A stretch of DNA of 63,019 nt, counting the filler, from Octopus bimaculoides (taxonomy: Eukaryota): the NCBI RefSeq assembly GCF_001194135.2. It is 9 parts of 9 records of this genome, joined end to end, with 100 filler letters (N's around TTAATTAATTAA, not from the genome) between each part and the next. Parts side by side here need not be neighbours in the genome. Positions count along the whole stretch, not along the records: positions 17,534 to 30,618 come from NC_068991.1; positions 30,719 to 42,616 come from NC_068990.1; 7 more parts are not named here. The stretch is one strand, 5' to 3'. Below are positions 25,301-40,709 of this stretch, piece by piece (the stretch's first letter is position 1; each line of letters opens with the position of its first letter). The notes under the pieces were generated by a model. That model was not told the DNA's origin, ran no database searches, and saw only the letters and a list, made by a program, of their open reading frames with translations. The position numbers and the translations under genes were made by a program.

Positions 25301-25837
25301 GCTTTTCTTCCAAACAAATATGGTTTCCAGTGCTTGCAGAAGCTGGGTCGTTCTTGATGAATTTTAGGTTCGCAAACCGGTTAAAACAACAATCTTTTGT
25401 TTTACTGTGAATGTCAACATTAATTGTTCCTGTAGGCATGATGTTGCAGACACTTTAAATGAATATCTTGAGAGACTGTATCAGAGAGCGAGGAAGCACT
25501 TACGATGTCGCTCAACCTGCTAGAACATCAGCTAAACGGTCTTTCTTCTACTCTCTGCGAGCAAGCGCATGCGTGTGTGTGTTGATTTATATCAGACCGA
25601 GCTGTCCAGCTGTCCTTCTTGCACCCGATTTCTCTTCCCCGTTCTCACTAGAAAGTTCTGGCTGTAATTCAGACCTGGAGAAGTTGGCTTCCGTCAGATT
25701 TAAATTCAAATTTAAACCCCATCGCGTTCCAAAACAGAGGACACGTTGGATAATTCATTTCTCTGCCCGAAAACAAAATGGGTTGTGATTGGAATGTTTT
25801 TGGCCAAAGATCTGCTCACAGATGTCTGGTCTGGATC

Positions 25838-25876
<39 letters not shown>

Positions 25877-27329
25877 CTGCTATAAGCAGAGAAACCTAAA
25901 TGTATCTATTGTTGAGTGAATGAATCCATTAAAAAATAAACAAGGAAAAAAGTTGCAGGAAAAAAAAAATCACAGGAAAATACCAGAGGAAATCTTAAGT
26001 GACTGATTAAAATTTTGACGGCTTTTTTTCTTTGTTGTTGTTNNNNNNNNNNNNNNNNNNNNNNNNNNNNNNNNNNNNNNNNNNNNNNNNNNNNNNNNNN
26101 NNNNNNNNNNNNNNNNNNNNNNNNNNNNNNNNNNNNNNNNNNNNNNNNNNNNNNNNNNNNNNNNNNNNNNNNNATTCCCAGACCGGGCATTCTGAGTGTT
26201 TATTGAGCGAAAACACCTAAAAAGCTCAACGAGGCTCCGGCAGGGGATGGTGGCCAACCCTGCTGTACTCTTTCACCACAACTTTCTCTCACTCTTACTT
26301 CCTGTTTCTGTTGTGCCTGTAATTCAAAGGGTCAGCCTTGTCACACTGTGTCACGCTGAATATCCCCGAGAACTACGCTAAGGGTAGACGTGTCTGTGGA
26401 GTGCTCAGCCACTTGCACGCTAATTTCACGAGCAGGCTGTTCCGTTGATCGGATCAACTGGAACCCTTGACGTCGTAAGCGACGGAGTGCCAACACACAC
26501 ACATATTAATATCTATATTATAATAACTTGAGAATATTTTCGTCTGTCACGAAACGTAATTAGCTAATGAAGTATTGTGACTGTAACCGAATAGATGAAA
26601 TAAAATGTTTTTTTTTCCCCCGTTAGTAACTGAACGGATAACGTATTTGTATTGAATAAAACATGACGCTGTTTCACACACGTATAAATGTCATTATATA
26701 AGTTGTGTTGTCATTGTGTGCATGTCATGTGTTATCAGTTAATAAGTGACTGAAAATATCAGATGTCTAATTATTTTAACTATCATTTATGGTATTACAA
26801 CGAAATATAAGATTATTTCTTGAAATGTTTTTCTTTTTCCATGCCAAAACTGTGACATTTTTCAGCGTGACTTTATATCCCTTTCTTTTTCCTGTTATCT
26901 TCTATTTCTACATTTTTCTTTCAATCGCTTCACTGTTCCGCCATTTTTAGGTCTGTTATATTTGCCTATACGCATATCTCCTAGGCCGAGTGTGAAACCA
27001 GTCTTCGATTCTAGATGCAGGATTTCAGCAATCAACCACTTATGAAAATGCTAATAAAGGTCCTGAGTTCAAACCTAACCAACAGATATGTGTGAAATAT
27101 AAAAGTTACTTGAAGATGATCGGAGGCAGAATTTATAGAAACGTCTCTAGCAGGCAACTATGTGTGTGCAGGCGCGCGCACGTGTGCGTGCGTGTGTGTC
27201 CAGCATAACATGGATACTTTGCTAGAACACTGAGTACTGCGCTATTTACTTATAGAGCGCTCTCCCATGGACGTATGGTGCATAAAAGCACTCATAGTCA
27301 TAATGTTGGCGGACGAAATAAATGTGAGA

Positions 27330-27387
<58 letters not shown>

Positions 27388-27388
<1 letters not shown>

Positions 27389-27541
27389 CACGACGGGCTT
27401 CTTTCAGTTTCTGTCTACCAAATCCACTCACAAGGCTTTGGTCGGCCCGAGGCTACAGTAGAAGACACTTGCCCAAGGCACCACACAATGGGACTGAACC
27501 CGGAACTATGTGGTTGGGAAGCAAGCTTCTACCACACAGCC
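27388..27541 (-). mobile_element. SINE family C (5' part)
   Basis: Matches 39933-40100. Other partial copies: 32515-32750(+), 34480-34660(+), 36160-36330(-), 44710-44790(+), 49440-49540(-), 57102-57450(-). Confidence 0.85.
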
Positions 27542-27583
<42 letters not shown>

Positions 27584-28179
27584 NNNNNNNNNNNNNNNNN
27601 NNNNNNNNNNNNNNNNNNNNNNNNNNNNNNNNNNNNNNNNNNNNNNNNNNNNNNNNNNNNNNNNNNNNNNNNNNNNNNNNNNNNNNNNNNNNNNNNNNNN
27701 NNNNNNNNNNNNNNNNNNNNNNNNNNNNNNNNNNNNNNNNNNNNNNNNNNNNNNNNNNNNNNNNNNNNNNNNNNNNNNNNNNNNNNNNNNNNNNNNNNNN
27801 NNNNNNNNNNNNNNNNNNNNNNNNNNNNNNNNNNNNNNNNNNNNNNNNNNNNNNNNNNNNNNNNNNNNNNNNNNNNNNNNNNNNNNNNNNNNNNNNNNNN
27901 NNNNNNNNNNNNNNNNNNNNNNNNNNNNNNNNNNNNNNNNNNNNNNNNNNNNNNNNNNNNNNNNNNNNNNNNNNNNNNNNNNNNNNNNNNNNNNNNNNNN
28001 NNNNNNNNNNNNNNNNNNNNNNNNNNNNNNNNNNNNNNNNNNNNNNNNNNNNNNNNNNNNNNNNNNNNNNNNNNNNNNNNNNNNNNNNNNNNNNNNNNNN
28101 NNNNNNNNNNNNNNNNNNNNNNNNNNNNNNNNNNNNNNNNNNNNNNNNNNNNNNNNNNNNNNNNNNNNNNNNNNNNNNN

Positions 28180-28271
<92 letters not shown>

Positions 28272-28485
28272 AAGAAGAAGAAGAAGAAGAAGAATGAAAC
28301 GGTGAAGAAAAATGAAGGAGAATGATGATGAAGAAGAATGAAAAAGATTGAATGAAGAAGAAGAAGAAGAAGAAGAAGAAGAAGAAGAAGAAGAAGAAGA
28401 AGAAGAAGAAGAAGAAGAAGAAGAAGAAGAAGATTGAAAAAAGAAGAAGAAGAAGAAGAAGAAGAAGAAGAAGAAGAAGAAGAAG
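28180..28485. repeat. (AAT)n/(AAG)n compound microsatellite
   Basis: Read directly from the sequence. Confidence 0.95.
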
Positions 28486-29184
28486 GGCTGAAATTTTGGG
28501 GGAAGGGACTAGTTAGTCGATTTCATCGACCCCAGTGTGCAGTGTGTCACTGGTACTTAATTTATCGATACCGAAAGGATGAATGGCAAAGTCGTTCTCG
28601 GTGAAGTAAGATATCAGTCAGTTTAATGATACAACTAACAAATGTATAAACAAACGTTGATCCCATTATATGGATTTGCCCCCTACCATCCCAGCCCGCA
28701 CATGAAATGAGGGTGAGGAGAAAATTAAGTGAAACAAGGGACATTGTAATAAGCTATTGCTTCGTCTCATTCTTATGACATAATTATAGTGACATGACAT
28801 CAAATTTGACTAAATTAATTACTTATTAAATGAATTACATAATCGTTTTAATTTGGTAAGTAGGTTAATTTTCTTTATTCAATACATTTGGTTAATAACT
28901 AATTAAATGCGTTAATACACATACATTCGTAAAAACACATATAAATACACACCCACACTCACAAACGTGCCTTTTAATTGACTTCATTAGCTGGATTGCA
29001 GTCGTGCTGAGGGAATTGTTCTACAAAAATTACAAAGAACACAGCTCACCAACCGGTCCTTCAATTGAAATCACGACTTTGCGATCGTGACTGGAATATC
29101 TTAACCACTAGACTATGTGCATGAGCTAGTGGCGAGGATAGATACACAAACACACACACACACACACACACACATACATACATA

Positions 29185-29588
29185 CGTTGGGGCGCTGGGA
29201 ATATGTAACACACTGCCTAAATACTAATCTTGAGAAATTAGGGTTCTTAAAACCAGAAAGAAGAAAGCTGATTCGAAGACTACAGATCCAGTCCATCACT
29301 GGAACTGTAAAAATCTGTAAAACTTTCCAGAAGTTTATCATCTAAATAGATATGAGCATATCTAAATATGCAAGTACATACATAAAAAGACATACATAAA
29401 ACAAAACATACCAATCTGCACACATATACACATACATACATACATACATACATACATACATACATACATACATACATACATACATACAAAAATACATTGT
29501 TGAAATTCCAGTGAAGGAGCCTTGGATCTAGGTTAGAAACCGGTTCTTTCTCTATTGGCAAGAAATCTTGAAATAAACTGAATAATGA
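29185..29588 (+). mobile_element. 5'-truncated R4/Dong-type RLE retrotransposon between (TACA)n runs
   Basis: (G)ALG.VTHCLNTNLEKLGFLKPERRKLIRRLQIQSITGTVKICKTFQKFII* plus 3'UTR; TACA repeats at both junctions. Confidence 0.75.
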
Positions 29589-29659
29589 CATACATACATA
29601 CATATCTATCTAGGTATCAACTTATCTACTCATTTACATACATAAGCGCGTGTGCCTCT

Positions 29660-29776
<117 letters not shown>

Positions 29777-29814
29777 CGTGCACGCGCATGTGCTTGTGTG
29801 CGAATGTATAGGTG

Positions 29815-30425
29815 ATCACACAGTATACTTCTCTGCGATGAATTATGTCTGGTGAAAGGTAGAATGTTTAGCATCGACAAGCATAAATGTAGAGCGATTG
29901 GTGAAAGAATTCTTCGATCATTAAGAAGAATACAAGACAACATAAATAACACGAGTCTGATAGAAATTTATGCACCAACAACAGCAGCTGATCAAAACGT
30001 AAGTCGAAAATTCTTTGAAGATTTACAGAAATCATTGAAGCGACGCCATAGACAGACGTGAAATTGATAATGGGCGATTTCAATATAAATACGGGACATG
30101 AAATATCTCGTCCCAGAACTGGAGAAAATAGTCTTGGCAAAAGAAAGGAAAAAGAACAGACTCAGATCGATTTCTGTGCAGACAATGATAATATGCATAT
30201 TGAATAATACTTGCTTTCAGTTACATAAAAGGCGATTATACATTTGGATTTATTCAAACGTGCAATATAGCAATTAAGATCGATTAAGTAATCCTCGTAA
30301 AAAACCGTTGGGAAAGCATTGTTCCTTGCAACAAACACCTTACCAGGTGCCGACCGGGAGTCATGAAGTTCTCACTGTGCCATTAAAATTAAAGTTCAGG
30401 TACAGGAAGAAAACAAGGTAGCAAT
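29815..30425 (+). mobile_element. decayed LINE apurinic-like endonuclease domain (RTE-like)
   Basis: SLIEIYAPT...FFEDLQ...LIMGDFN...DFCADN...PGADRESH, with stops and frameshifts. Confidence 0.75.
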
Positions 30426-30718
30426 CTAAATGTAATTTGAAAGAAAACTTCGCAAATTTTTTTTTATTGATTATTGATTGGTTAGAGATACTGCGGCGAA
30501 CGGAAATAATTTAAATTTAATTGGTGTGCCTGAAGTTCTTTACAATCAATTAAAATATTTAATAATGGAAAAAACACACACACACACACACACACACATA
30601 CACACACACACTGTATTTNNNNNNNNNNNNNNNNNNNNNNNNNNNNNNNNNNNNNNNNNNNNTTAATTAATTAANNNNNNNNNNNNNNNNNNNNNNNNNN
30701 NNNNNNNNNNNNNNNNNN

Positions 30719-30769
<51 letters not shown>

Positions 30770-31737
30770 GTAAGCATGCACAAATGTATGTGTGAGTGTA
30801 CATATGCACGTGCACACAGTACACATATGTGTGTATAGCATGATGATACTCTGCTTGTGTTACGATTACATCTTCATAATAACTTTCAGCTTCCTACTGA
30901 AGACAATTTAGGATACTACCACGGCTCTACAACACTGTCTATTACATAGTCTATTAATGAATGGCATATTGGCATTGAGGGTTTTGAGTGCTTGTTGCAA
31001 CACAGCTGTAAATCTGCTATGTGTGACATGAACTGATGCGTTAGATTGTGTCTATGCATATGCGACAGTGTTTGTGTCTGCATGCATATGTATTTGTATG
31101 CTGCAAATGCTTAAGCATATAGAGAGGTTTATAGTAATGGCAGTGAGGTTAACTTGATTATTCAATGTGTATGTAATGAAATGAGAGAGAGAGAGAGAGA
31201 GATAGAGAGAGTGTGTGAGTGTGTGTCTGTATGTGACATATACAACTATATATATAAGTAGACTATTAGTTTATGTATGGAAGTGTATGGAAGTGTGCAT
31301 GTAAGTGATGTAGTACATGCATATTTGCATGTGTATGTCTATGTGTGAACAAACTGGCCAGTCTGATTATTGAATATGAGTTATGATGAACAAATATAGT
31401 GGTATGTGAGAGAAACATGTACTAGAGATATGATGCATACAGATATGAGTGTGAAACTATTCTAGTGTAAAACTGTTTCTAGCTGGATAGAAGATGAGTG
31501 TCTATGTGTGAACTTATGAATGAGTGGATGCAAGAATGTTTGTGAAGGCTTATGGCAGTTTTCAACCATAAAACTTCAGATTCTATGTAGTAGTAATGGA
31601 CAAATGATTGGCTTATATCTGGATGTAGAGTAAGAAAAGTGAATATATGTATTAATGTGACAGAAATTAAATGTTTGAGTCTGTCTGTATGAATATATGT
31701 ATACGTATACATATAGCTCCCCAACTATATATACATA

Positions 31738-31792
<55 letters not shown>

Positions 31793-31977
31793 ACACATAT
31801 ATATATATATATATATGCATATAAACATGTAAATGTATATAACTATGTACAGATATGTGTGTGCATATTTGTGAATATGTATGTGTGTTGATATGTATAT
31901 ACGTATGCATATATATGCATAAATGTGCATATGTGTGTGTGAATATTTATAAATATATATATATACTGTAACTATAT

Positions 31978-32044
<67 letters not shown>

Positions 32045-32789
32045 CCTAGTATATATAATATAGATACATACAGATATATAATTATACACACATACATGTG
32101 TGTGTGTGTGCATAGGCATACACACACACTCACACATACACAAACAAAAGCATTGTAATTATAGAACTAAATGACTAGCACCCTTTTCATTCATGGTTTT
32201 GTAGTCCATGGCATTTCACACAAAGCTTGATATAAACAAAAAAAAAAAAATCAGGTTTAGATCAGTAGTTCAATTATATCATGAAATATAACTAAAATTT
32301 AAAGAAGATAAACATATAAAAATTAAAAAGAAACCAAGCTATTTTTTTGAATAACAACTTATACACACACTCACTGATGTATGTATGAATGTATATAGTA
32401 TATAGGGTTATATACTTGATAGGGTTGAAAATCAATATATTGCCAGTGCAGTCCTTATCAAAACTTCCTGGCTGTCTACATTCTCATACAATAATTTTTT
32501 TTTAAAGTTTGAGTCTATTGGTACAGGTTCTGGGTTCAGTTCCACTGCATGGCACCTTGGGCAAGTGTCTTCTACTATAACCTCAGGCCAACCAAAGCCT
32601 TGTGAGTGGAATTGGTAGGCAGAAACCGAAAGAAGCCTGTAGTATATATGTGTTTATGTGTGTGCGTGTGTGTGTTTATGTATGTGTGTCTGCGTTTGTC
32701 CCCCCCCCCCACCATCACTTGACAACCGATGCTGGTGTATATACGTCCCTGTAATCAGCGTCACACCCAGTTTCATAGTCAGTTTTGGT

Positions 32790-33010
32790 ATGGTTTTTAC
32801 AGCTGGATGCCTTTCCTAATGCAGACCACTTTACAGAGTGTACTGGGTGCTTTTTACATGGCACCATCACCTTTTTGCAGAGCACCAGCATCAGTGCTTT
32901 TTATGTGGCACCTTCATTGTGCTTTTTGTGTGGCACCAACACCACTGCTTTTTACATGCTACCATCACCTGTGCTCTGTAAGTGGCACTAGCACCAGTAC
33001 CTTTTCCATA
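32790..33010 (-). mobile_element. non-autonomous derivative of the RTE 3'UTR (GTGCCAC-type repeats + AGGAAGGGCATCCAGCTGTA)
   Basis: Shares motifs with 2456-2530. Related pieces: 42125-42285(+), 42380-42616(-, with (ATC)n tail), ~56765-56845. Confidence 0.7.
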
Positions 33011-34659
33011 GCACCACCAACAACAGTATACCTAACTGGTAAAAGAAATGTGTAAATATTTCAAAGAATAGTGTATAATACAAGGTGAAGAATTAATATA
33101 GAATTTATCATTAGTTACAATTGTTTCTATACCATTCCTTTTCTAACCACACTGGACATAAATTATTCCATGTGAAAATTATGTGGCTGAATATAATTTT
33201 CTTACTCATTTTGTTTCCTGATGTTGCTATATTTAACTTTTCATCTTTTCTTTCATTATTCTTATTTTTATAATAGTATTGAATATAACAATATTGAATT
33301 TATAACAATATTGAATTCTAATACCAGGTTATTAGTATCGCTATGCTTAAGTGTTTGTTGTTTGTTCCTTCTCGAGCCATGCCTGGCTTATAAGGGCCAG
33401 ATTCTTGGTTTTAATAGCATATAAGTTCCCCACCTGGATGGGACACCAGTCTGTCACAGGTGAGCTGCTATATGCAAGAGGATAGAATGAGAGAAAGTTG
33501 TGACGAAAGAGTCAGCAGAAGACTGCCATTACTTTCTGCCAGATCTCTGTGGAGCTTAGGTGTTTTGCTCATAAACACACACATTGCCCAGTCTGAGATT
33601 CGAACCCATGATCCTTGACTGCTGTTCTAACCACTAGGCCATGTGCCTCCACATGCTTAAGTGAAATATTAAAATATATATATACACATCTATACATATC
33701 CAAGAGTAGAATAAAACAGAGAAATTAGTTTAAATTTTTAAACTATATCTTAAATTATATAAACTTTATACGTATTTCACTGTGTAATACTTGTATGTTA
33801 TGAGGTAATTATAAAGTCAATTACTGCATAAGAACATTGACACATCAGATCTTCAGAAGAAAATATTATTTCCATTCATTATTATTAACCAACATTAGTT
33901 GGTTGACAGTGCTAAATGTAGAACTGTGGTGTATAAACTTAAAAGAACAATCTTTTTATAGCAGTGAGAAAAAGAAGGCTATTATTTTTATTTTATCAGT
34001 GGAATAAAGAAAGAAAGAAGACTGTGATCAGTATGTCTAAGGAAAAGAAAGGAAGGGTAACTTCCTAAGCTGTCATAGATCAAAGGATATTTTAAGTTAA
34101 AAATGATAAATGGTTTAGATAGCAGTAGTGATGAGAACGGTCGGCAAAAAGCAGTTGTGCATATCTATACACTTACAAACACACACACTCACACTCTCCC
34201 ATATACATATACACCACCGTAATTTTTCTACACTTGCACACATATGTATATATCGATATGTCTAAAAATACACATCCATATATCTACAAGAGGTTGTATA
34301 AGTTCAAAAACGTGCTTACATGCATATTCACTCAGTTCATATCTATTTCTATGCAATCATATACATTCACACGTGACCCAAAAATGAAAAAGAATAATAC
34401 TAATAAGATTAAATATATAGCTGTTAATTCAGTTCTAGTTTAAATAAAATGAAAGGATTTGGTAATTAATATTTGTATTTCGAGCTGATGTGTGCTTTGC
34501 AAGCATGACTACAGGTAAGGACTTCAGTTTGCAGCTACATCATTTTGAGTTCAATTCCAGTGCAGAGCACTGTGGGCAAGTGTGTTTTTTTTTACTTTAG
34601 CCTCAAACAGACCAATGCCTTTCAAGTGAGTTTTGTAAATGGAAACTGTGTGGGAGTCC

Positions 34660-34694
<35 letters not shown>

Positions 34695-34817
34695 ATATAT
34701 ATATATTTATATATATATATATATATATTGGAAGGTTTGGAGGTGATGTACAGGAATTATATTACAGAAAAAATTAAGGTACACAGAAATCTGGATGGTT
34801 GTACATTTACAGATTTT

Positions 34818-34851
<34 letters not shown>

Positions 34852-35346
34852 NNNNNNNNNNNNNNNNNNNNNNNNNNNNNNNNNNNNNNNNNNNNNNNNN
34901 NNNNNNNNNNNNNNNNNNNNNNNNNNNNNNNNNNNNNNNNNNNNNNNNNNNNNNNNNNNNNNNNNNNNNNNNNNNNNNNNNNNNNNNNNNNNNNNNNNNN
35001 NNNNNNNNNNNNNNNNNNNNNNNNNNNNNNNNNNNNNNNNNNNNNNNNNNNNNNNNNNNNNNNNNNNNNNNNNNNNNNNNNNNNNNNNNNNNACTCCACA
35101 TGGACCGTTGGTTTCTTGTCCTTTGGATTTTTTCCTTTCTCCTTTCAGATGAAGAGCTATTCTTGAAATGTTAAAGTCTCTCCCTTCTCTGTGTGTCAAG
35201 CTAATATATTTCTTGTGCACATCTACATGTGCATTTTTTTTTTTTTTTAAATTCATTTTTTATTCGTTTTTCTTTTTTTTAATTGCTTGTACATTGAATT
35301 GACTATATAAGATACATATATATATCAAATATATATATCATATATA

Positions 35347-36095
35347 TTCATCACTCGTACACATCGCAGATTTTGCCTAAGACACATGCCTGCTCAAAGA
35401 ATTTCACATTTTTCCACTTTATTTCTAGCCCCAAATGGCTTATTTTTTATGTCTAGTATTATGTCTTTCTCCATGTCTAAGTTGAGGGTAAAAATAAAAC
35501 AACCCTGCAAAATACAACTGACCTTTACACATAGACACACACAATAACAGCAATCAAATAACAACAGCGGAGTGCACAACAGACATCACTGATGTGACTG
35601 TCACCTGTAGTCTTGACAAGAGATGCCAGTTAGTCTTTTACACTTACCAGTCTCATTCGTATTAGGCCGAGTTGCTGGATAATTTTTCGTTCTTTTAAGA
35701 ATATTGTAGAATGGAAGCTTTGCATAGATTGCAATTTAAATCCTAATCTCTATAGAAATTTATTTTTTCATGAAAACATTGAATTTGAATTACTTTCAAT
35801 TACTTTGCAATTATAGATAACAACTTGGGGTGTAACTTCTGAGCGTGAGTCAGGCGTGTGTGAATGATATCGAGAGGATGTCTGGTACGAATGATATTCT
35901 TTGACACAGGGCACCTCTAAGACAACTGCCAGATGCTGAACAAAAATAAATGGACTGTGATGAGGCTCAACAAGAAGAGCCCAAGTTATTGGCGGCAATT
36001 ACAAACTCGAAGTCAGAAATTAAATCTGCATGTTCACTTTACTAAATTTATACTCGGGCTAAGCCTGAACAGCCTGAGTGCTAGAGTTGCCACTG
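35347..36095 (-). mobile_element. hAT-like non-autonomous element (copy 1)
   Basis: Inverted homolog of 41093-41868; terminus CAGTGG; encodes MEKDIILDIKNKPFGARNKVEKCEIL. Confidence 0.65.
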
Positions 36096-36132
<37 letters not shown>

Positions 36133-36537
36133 TCTTTATACATGTGTATATCTTTTATTTGTTTCAATCATTAGACTATGGCCATACTGGGGCACCGCCT
36201 TGAAGAATTTCTAGTTGAAAGAATCAACCCCAGCACTTAATTTTTTTGTTTTAAGTTTGGTAGTTATTCAGTCAGTCTCTTTTGCTGGGGATGTAAACAT
36301 ACCAACAACTTGCTGCACATTGTTATCATGTGGGCAGAACAGGTGTCATAGGACATGCAGTTGCTTTCTTGGCTGCATAAGTGCCATCGTTATTAAAAGG
36401 AGTTTTTCTTTCATGCAACTCGTATGCTTTTTCCCTTGGAGTATGATGTTTCTTGCTGTGTGATGTTATTCTCTCACATTTAATGCCTACAGTTGCATTG
36501 TGCACCCTGTGTTTGTTTATATATATATATATGTATG

Positions 36538-36570
<33 letters not shown>

Positions 36571-36880
36571 ATATATATATATGTATGTATGTATATATAT
36601 ATATATATGTATGTATGTATGTATATATATATATGTATGTATGTATGTATATATATATATNNNNNNNNNNNNNNNNNNNNNNNNNNNNNNNNNNNNNNNN
36701 NNNNNNNNNNNNNNNNNNNNNNNNNNNNNNNNNNNNNNNNNNNNNNNNNNNNNNNNNNNNNNNNNNNNNNNNNNNNNNNNNNNNNNNNNNNNNNNNNNNN
36801 NNNNNNNNNNNNNNNNNNNNNNNNNNNNNNNNNNNNNNNNNNNNNNNNNNNNNNNNNNNNNNNNNNNNNNNNNNNNNNNN

Positions 36881-36924
<44 letters not shown>

Positions 36925-39169
36925 GTGCATATGTATATATACATTTATACACAGATGTGTGTGTATGTGTGTGTGTGTGTGTGCAGGCATGTACACATGT
37001 TTATTTGAATATGTATGTTTGTATATATGTACGTTTGTGTGTATATTTGTATGTGTGAGTGAGCATGCGTGTGTATGCATATGAGTGTATGTGCATGTCT
37101 GTATATGTGTATGTGTGCTTGTGTGTGTGTTTGCATGTGTGTGTGTGTGCATGCGTGTGTGTGCATATGAGTGTGGTTGCATGTGAGTATGTGTGCATGC
37201 ATGTGTATGTGTGTGTGTGTGCATGTGTGTGTGCATATGAGTGTGGTTGCATGTGAGCATGTGTGTGTGTGTGTGTGCATATGAGTGTGGTTGCATGTGA
37301 GTATGTGTGTGTGTGAGTGTGCGCGCGCATGTGTGTGTGCATGTGTGTGCTTGCTTACATTTGTGTAAAAATATGTCATCTGAAAATAATCAGAGAATGT
37401 ATCCACTGAAATGTTGAAACAAGGAAACAAAATAATCTTAATCAAGTTAATGATAAGGTTAATACATTTCTTAAACTTTATCACTTTTGCGATAACTCTT
37501 CCAAGAAGAATAGCAACATAATCTCTGATAAGATTTCATGGGTTGATTGTTTCTGGCTAAAACATATATCTCTATAGAACACAGCCTACAAACTCATCAT
37601 TTGCATTCTGTTCCTTTGCCAAGCAAATCTCCATTTGCTTTAACTAATCTCCTATTTCCTCTCTATTTGATCTTTGATGCTATACTCTCAACATCATCCA
37701 AAATGCAAAATCCTTTATCATCATAGCCTTAATTGTGAGGCCTCCACCTTCTAACAAATCTTGTATTATCCCTGTCTTTAATTCTCTTATCCCTGTTAAA
37801 TGCTTTTAATACAGATTGCCAAATATATGCTGAATATCCAACTCAGCCAGGAAGGATATCTGAGGTCACAATAACACAAGCATAGTATAAATGAATTTTG
37901 ATGAATGTTATGAGTTTAAATGACAATTATGTCTGCAATCCTATCACATTGATTTTTGTTGCAGAGGTATATATAATATAATAATTACGATTCTTTGTTT
38001 ACTCTTATGTGGTAATATTAAATAATCTATGCACAAACTGACATATATTAGGTTGTTTTAACTTGTCTCCTCAGATACCAAATATAAGCACTGGATGGTG
38101 GCACGCTGGCACAATTATTAGCACAATGAGCAAAATGCTAAGTGGTATTTCATCTGGCTTTATTTTTCTGAGTTCAAATTCTGCTGAGGTCGACTTTGTC
38201 TTTCATCCTTTCGGGATAAATAAAATAAGTATCACTCAAGTAATGGGGTCAATGTAATCGACTTACCCCAACCCCTAAATTTTAACGTATAAAGCTATAT
38301 GTTTGTATCTTTGTATGTATGTTCCATGCTGTAGGCCACCGTTTCATGTTTAGCTAACTGAAAATAGATGTAGAGGCATGCTTTTTCATGATAATCATAG
38401 ATTACGTGGCTTTTTCTGAAATTTCTTCTTTTTAGCCCCAGACAGAAAAACTGAAAATGCTGTTTGCCCACAAGCACAGTGGTAAATGCTGAGAAATTTT
38501 TACTCATTAGAAATATAAGTCATTTAGAGCAATTACATAATTTAGAATAGTAACTTTGAAAATCAAGAAGCTTGTTTTCTGAGCAAATGAGATAAGAATG
38601 TAAAAGTAAAATTATACTTTAGATTTTATATTTGTTTATTATTATATTTTAATATTCCACCTAGGCATAGCAAGACTAGTAACATGTATGGTTCAGAACA
38701 CAGTGTTATATGAGTATAGAGTGATAATAGAAAACAAAGTTTACATTGAATCTTTCTCACTCATAACATCTGTATATTCGGAAAATGTAACTGCCCCAAA
38801 TAAAATGCACTTCATATTCAAGGCTCTGATGAAGCCATAGAATGATATCCTAGTACTCAACTAAGAGTCCACCACATCCTATAGCAGAAACAACTGTAGG
38901 CTAATGAAGTTCGTTACTTAACATTTCGTTTTTCCAGACTCATCTCTTTGTTTTTTACTATTATATACTTATTCATTAAGCTCAACTTGAGCTCTCTTCT
39001 GGAAGGCTTAGATGCAACAAGTCTGAGTGATTCAACATTCTTAGATGAACTGAAAATTGTCAAAATTATATTTTGGGTTTTATATTTGAGTAACTGCCTT
39101 CTGCTATAGCCTTGAGCTGACCAAAATATTGTAGGTGGATTTGATAACCAAAAACTAGGAGAAGCCTGT

Positions 39170-39236
<67 letters not shown>

Positions 39237-39246
39237 NNNNNNNNNN

Positions 39247-39292
<46 letters not shown>

Positions 39293-39398
39293 ATGTGCGT
39301 GTGTGTGTGCATGCTCATCAACAGACATAACACAAACAGACATAAACAGCTACATACAAATACATACATGTGTGTATGAGTCTGTGTGCATGCCTGTG

Positions 39399-39433
<35 letters not shown>

Positions 39434-39932
39434 ATGTGTTTGTATGTCTATTACTGTATGAATTGGCAGCATAAGGAATATATTCTCGTTTCTTACTAGC
39501 TTAGTGACTGTCAGAAAACCATCACATAATATTTTGGTAGCTCAGCAAATGTTAGTAAGCCAGATTTCAATTATAACAGTGTACATGTGTGTGTATATAT
39601 AAATATATATATATATATGTATATATATATATGAGTGCATATGTGTTATACATACATACACACACACACATATATATATATATACACACACACACATATA
39701 TATATACATGTATAAGTTTGTATGTGTCTGTGTTTGGCACACAACACCATTTGATATCTAGTGTTAGATTATTTATGTGCTCATAGCTTAGCTGTTTGGC
39801 AAAAAGTGACCAATAAAACAAGTACCAATTTTACAAAATGAGTACTGGGATTGATTGTTCAAAGCAGTGCCCCAGTATGACCACAGTTCAATGATTGAAA
39901 CAAGTAAAATGATTAAAAAAATATGTATAATA

Positions 39933-40322
39933 GGTGCAGTAGTGGCTGTGTGGTAAGTAGCTTGCTTACCAACCACATGGTTCCGGGTTCATTCCCACTG
40001 CATAGCACCTTGGGCAAGTGTCTTCTACTATAGCCTCAGGCCAACCAAAGCCTTGCTAGTGGATTTGGTAGATGGAAACTGAAAGAAGCCCGTCGTATAT
40101 ATGTATATGTATATATGTTATGTTTGTGTCTGTGTTTGTCCCTCCAACATCGCTTGACCACCGATGCCGGTGTGTTTACATCCCCGTAACTTAGCGGTTC
40201 GGCAAAAGAGACTGATAGAATAAGTACTAGGCTTCCAAAGAATAAGTCCTGAGGTCGATTTGCTTGACTAAAGGTGGTGCTCCAGCATGGCTGCAGTCAA
40301 ATGACTGAAACAAGTAAAGAGT
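39933..40322 (+). mobile_element. near full-length SINE family C with CR1-like 3' tail
   Basis: tRNA-like head (GTGGCTGTGTGGTAAG...GGTTCATTCCC), CORE-like ACCTTGGGCAAGT, tail GGTGGTGCTCCAGCATGGCTGCAGTCAAATGACTGAAACAAGTAAAG. Confidence 0.88.
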
Positions 40323-40436
40323 ATAACGGAATCTATATAGAAACCAAGCATGCATATGTATGTTTGTTTTTACATTGATATAGTGGTTGATTATGTCCTT
40401 CATGAACAATAAATCCTGCTCTTAACACATTATGTG

Positions 40437-40512
<76 letters not shown>

Positions 40513-40709
40513 GATGAGTGGAAAAGAGTATTTTACATAGAAACAAATAAGGGCTTCCTCCTATAGAATGCTGCTTCAAAATGTTTCATCCATTTGATAC
40601 CAGTCCAGTAACAGTGATTGTAAGACTGTTAATGACAATATCAATTCAACTATCTAAAGACACACACACCCACACTACAGTATCACAAAATATCAGCCAG
40701 ACCATTTGA

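Noticed and set aside
31479-37484. Many long ORFs rich in YI/HT/CV/X
   Set aside because: Translations of (TA)n, (CA)n and (TACA)n microsatellites and N gaps; the same applies to such ORFs throughout the window.
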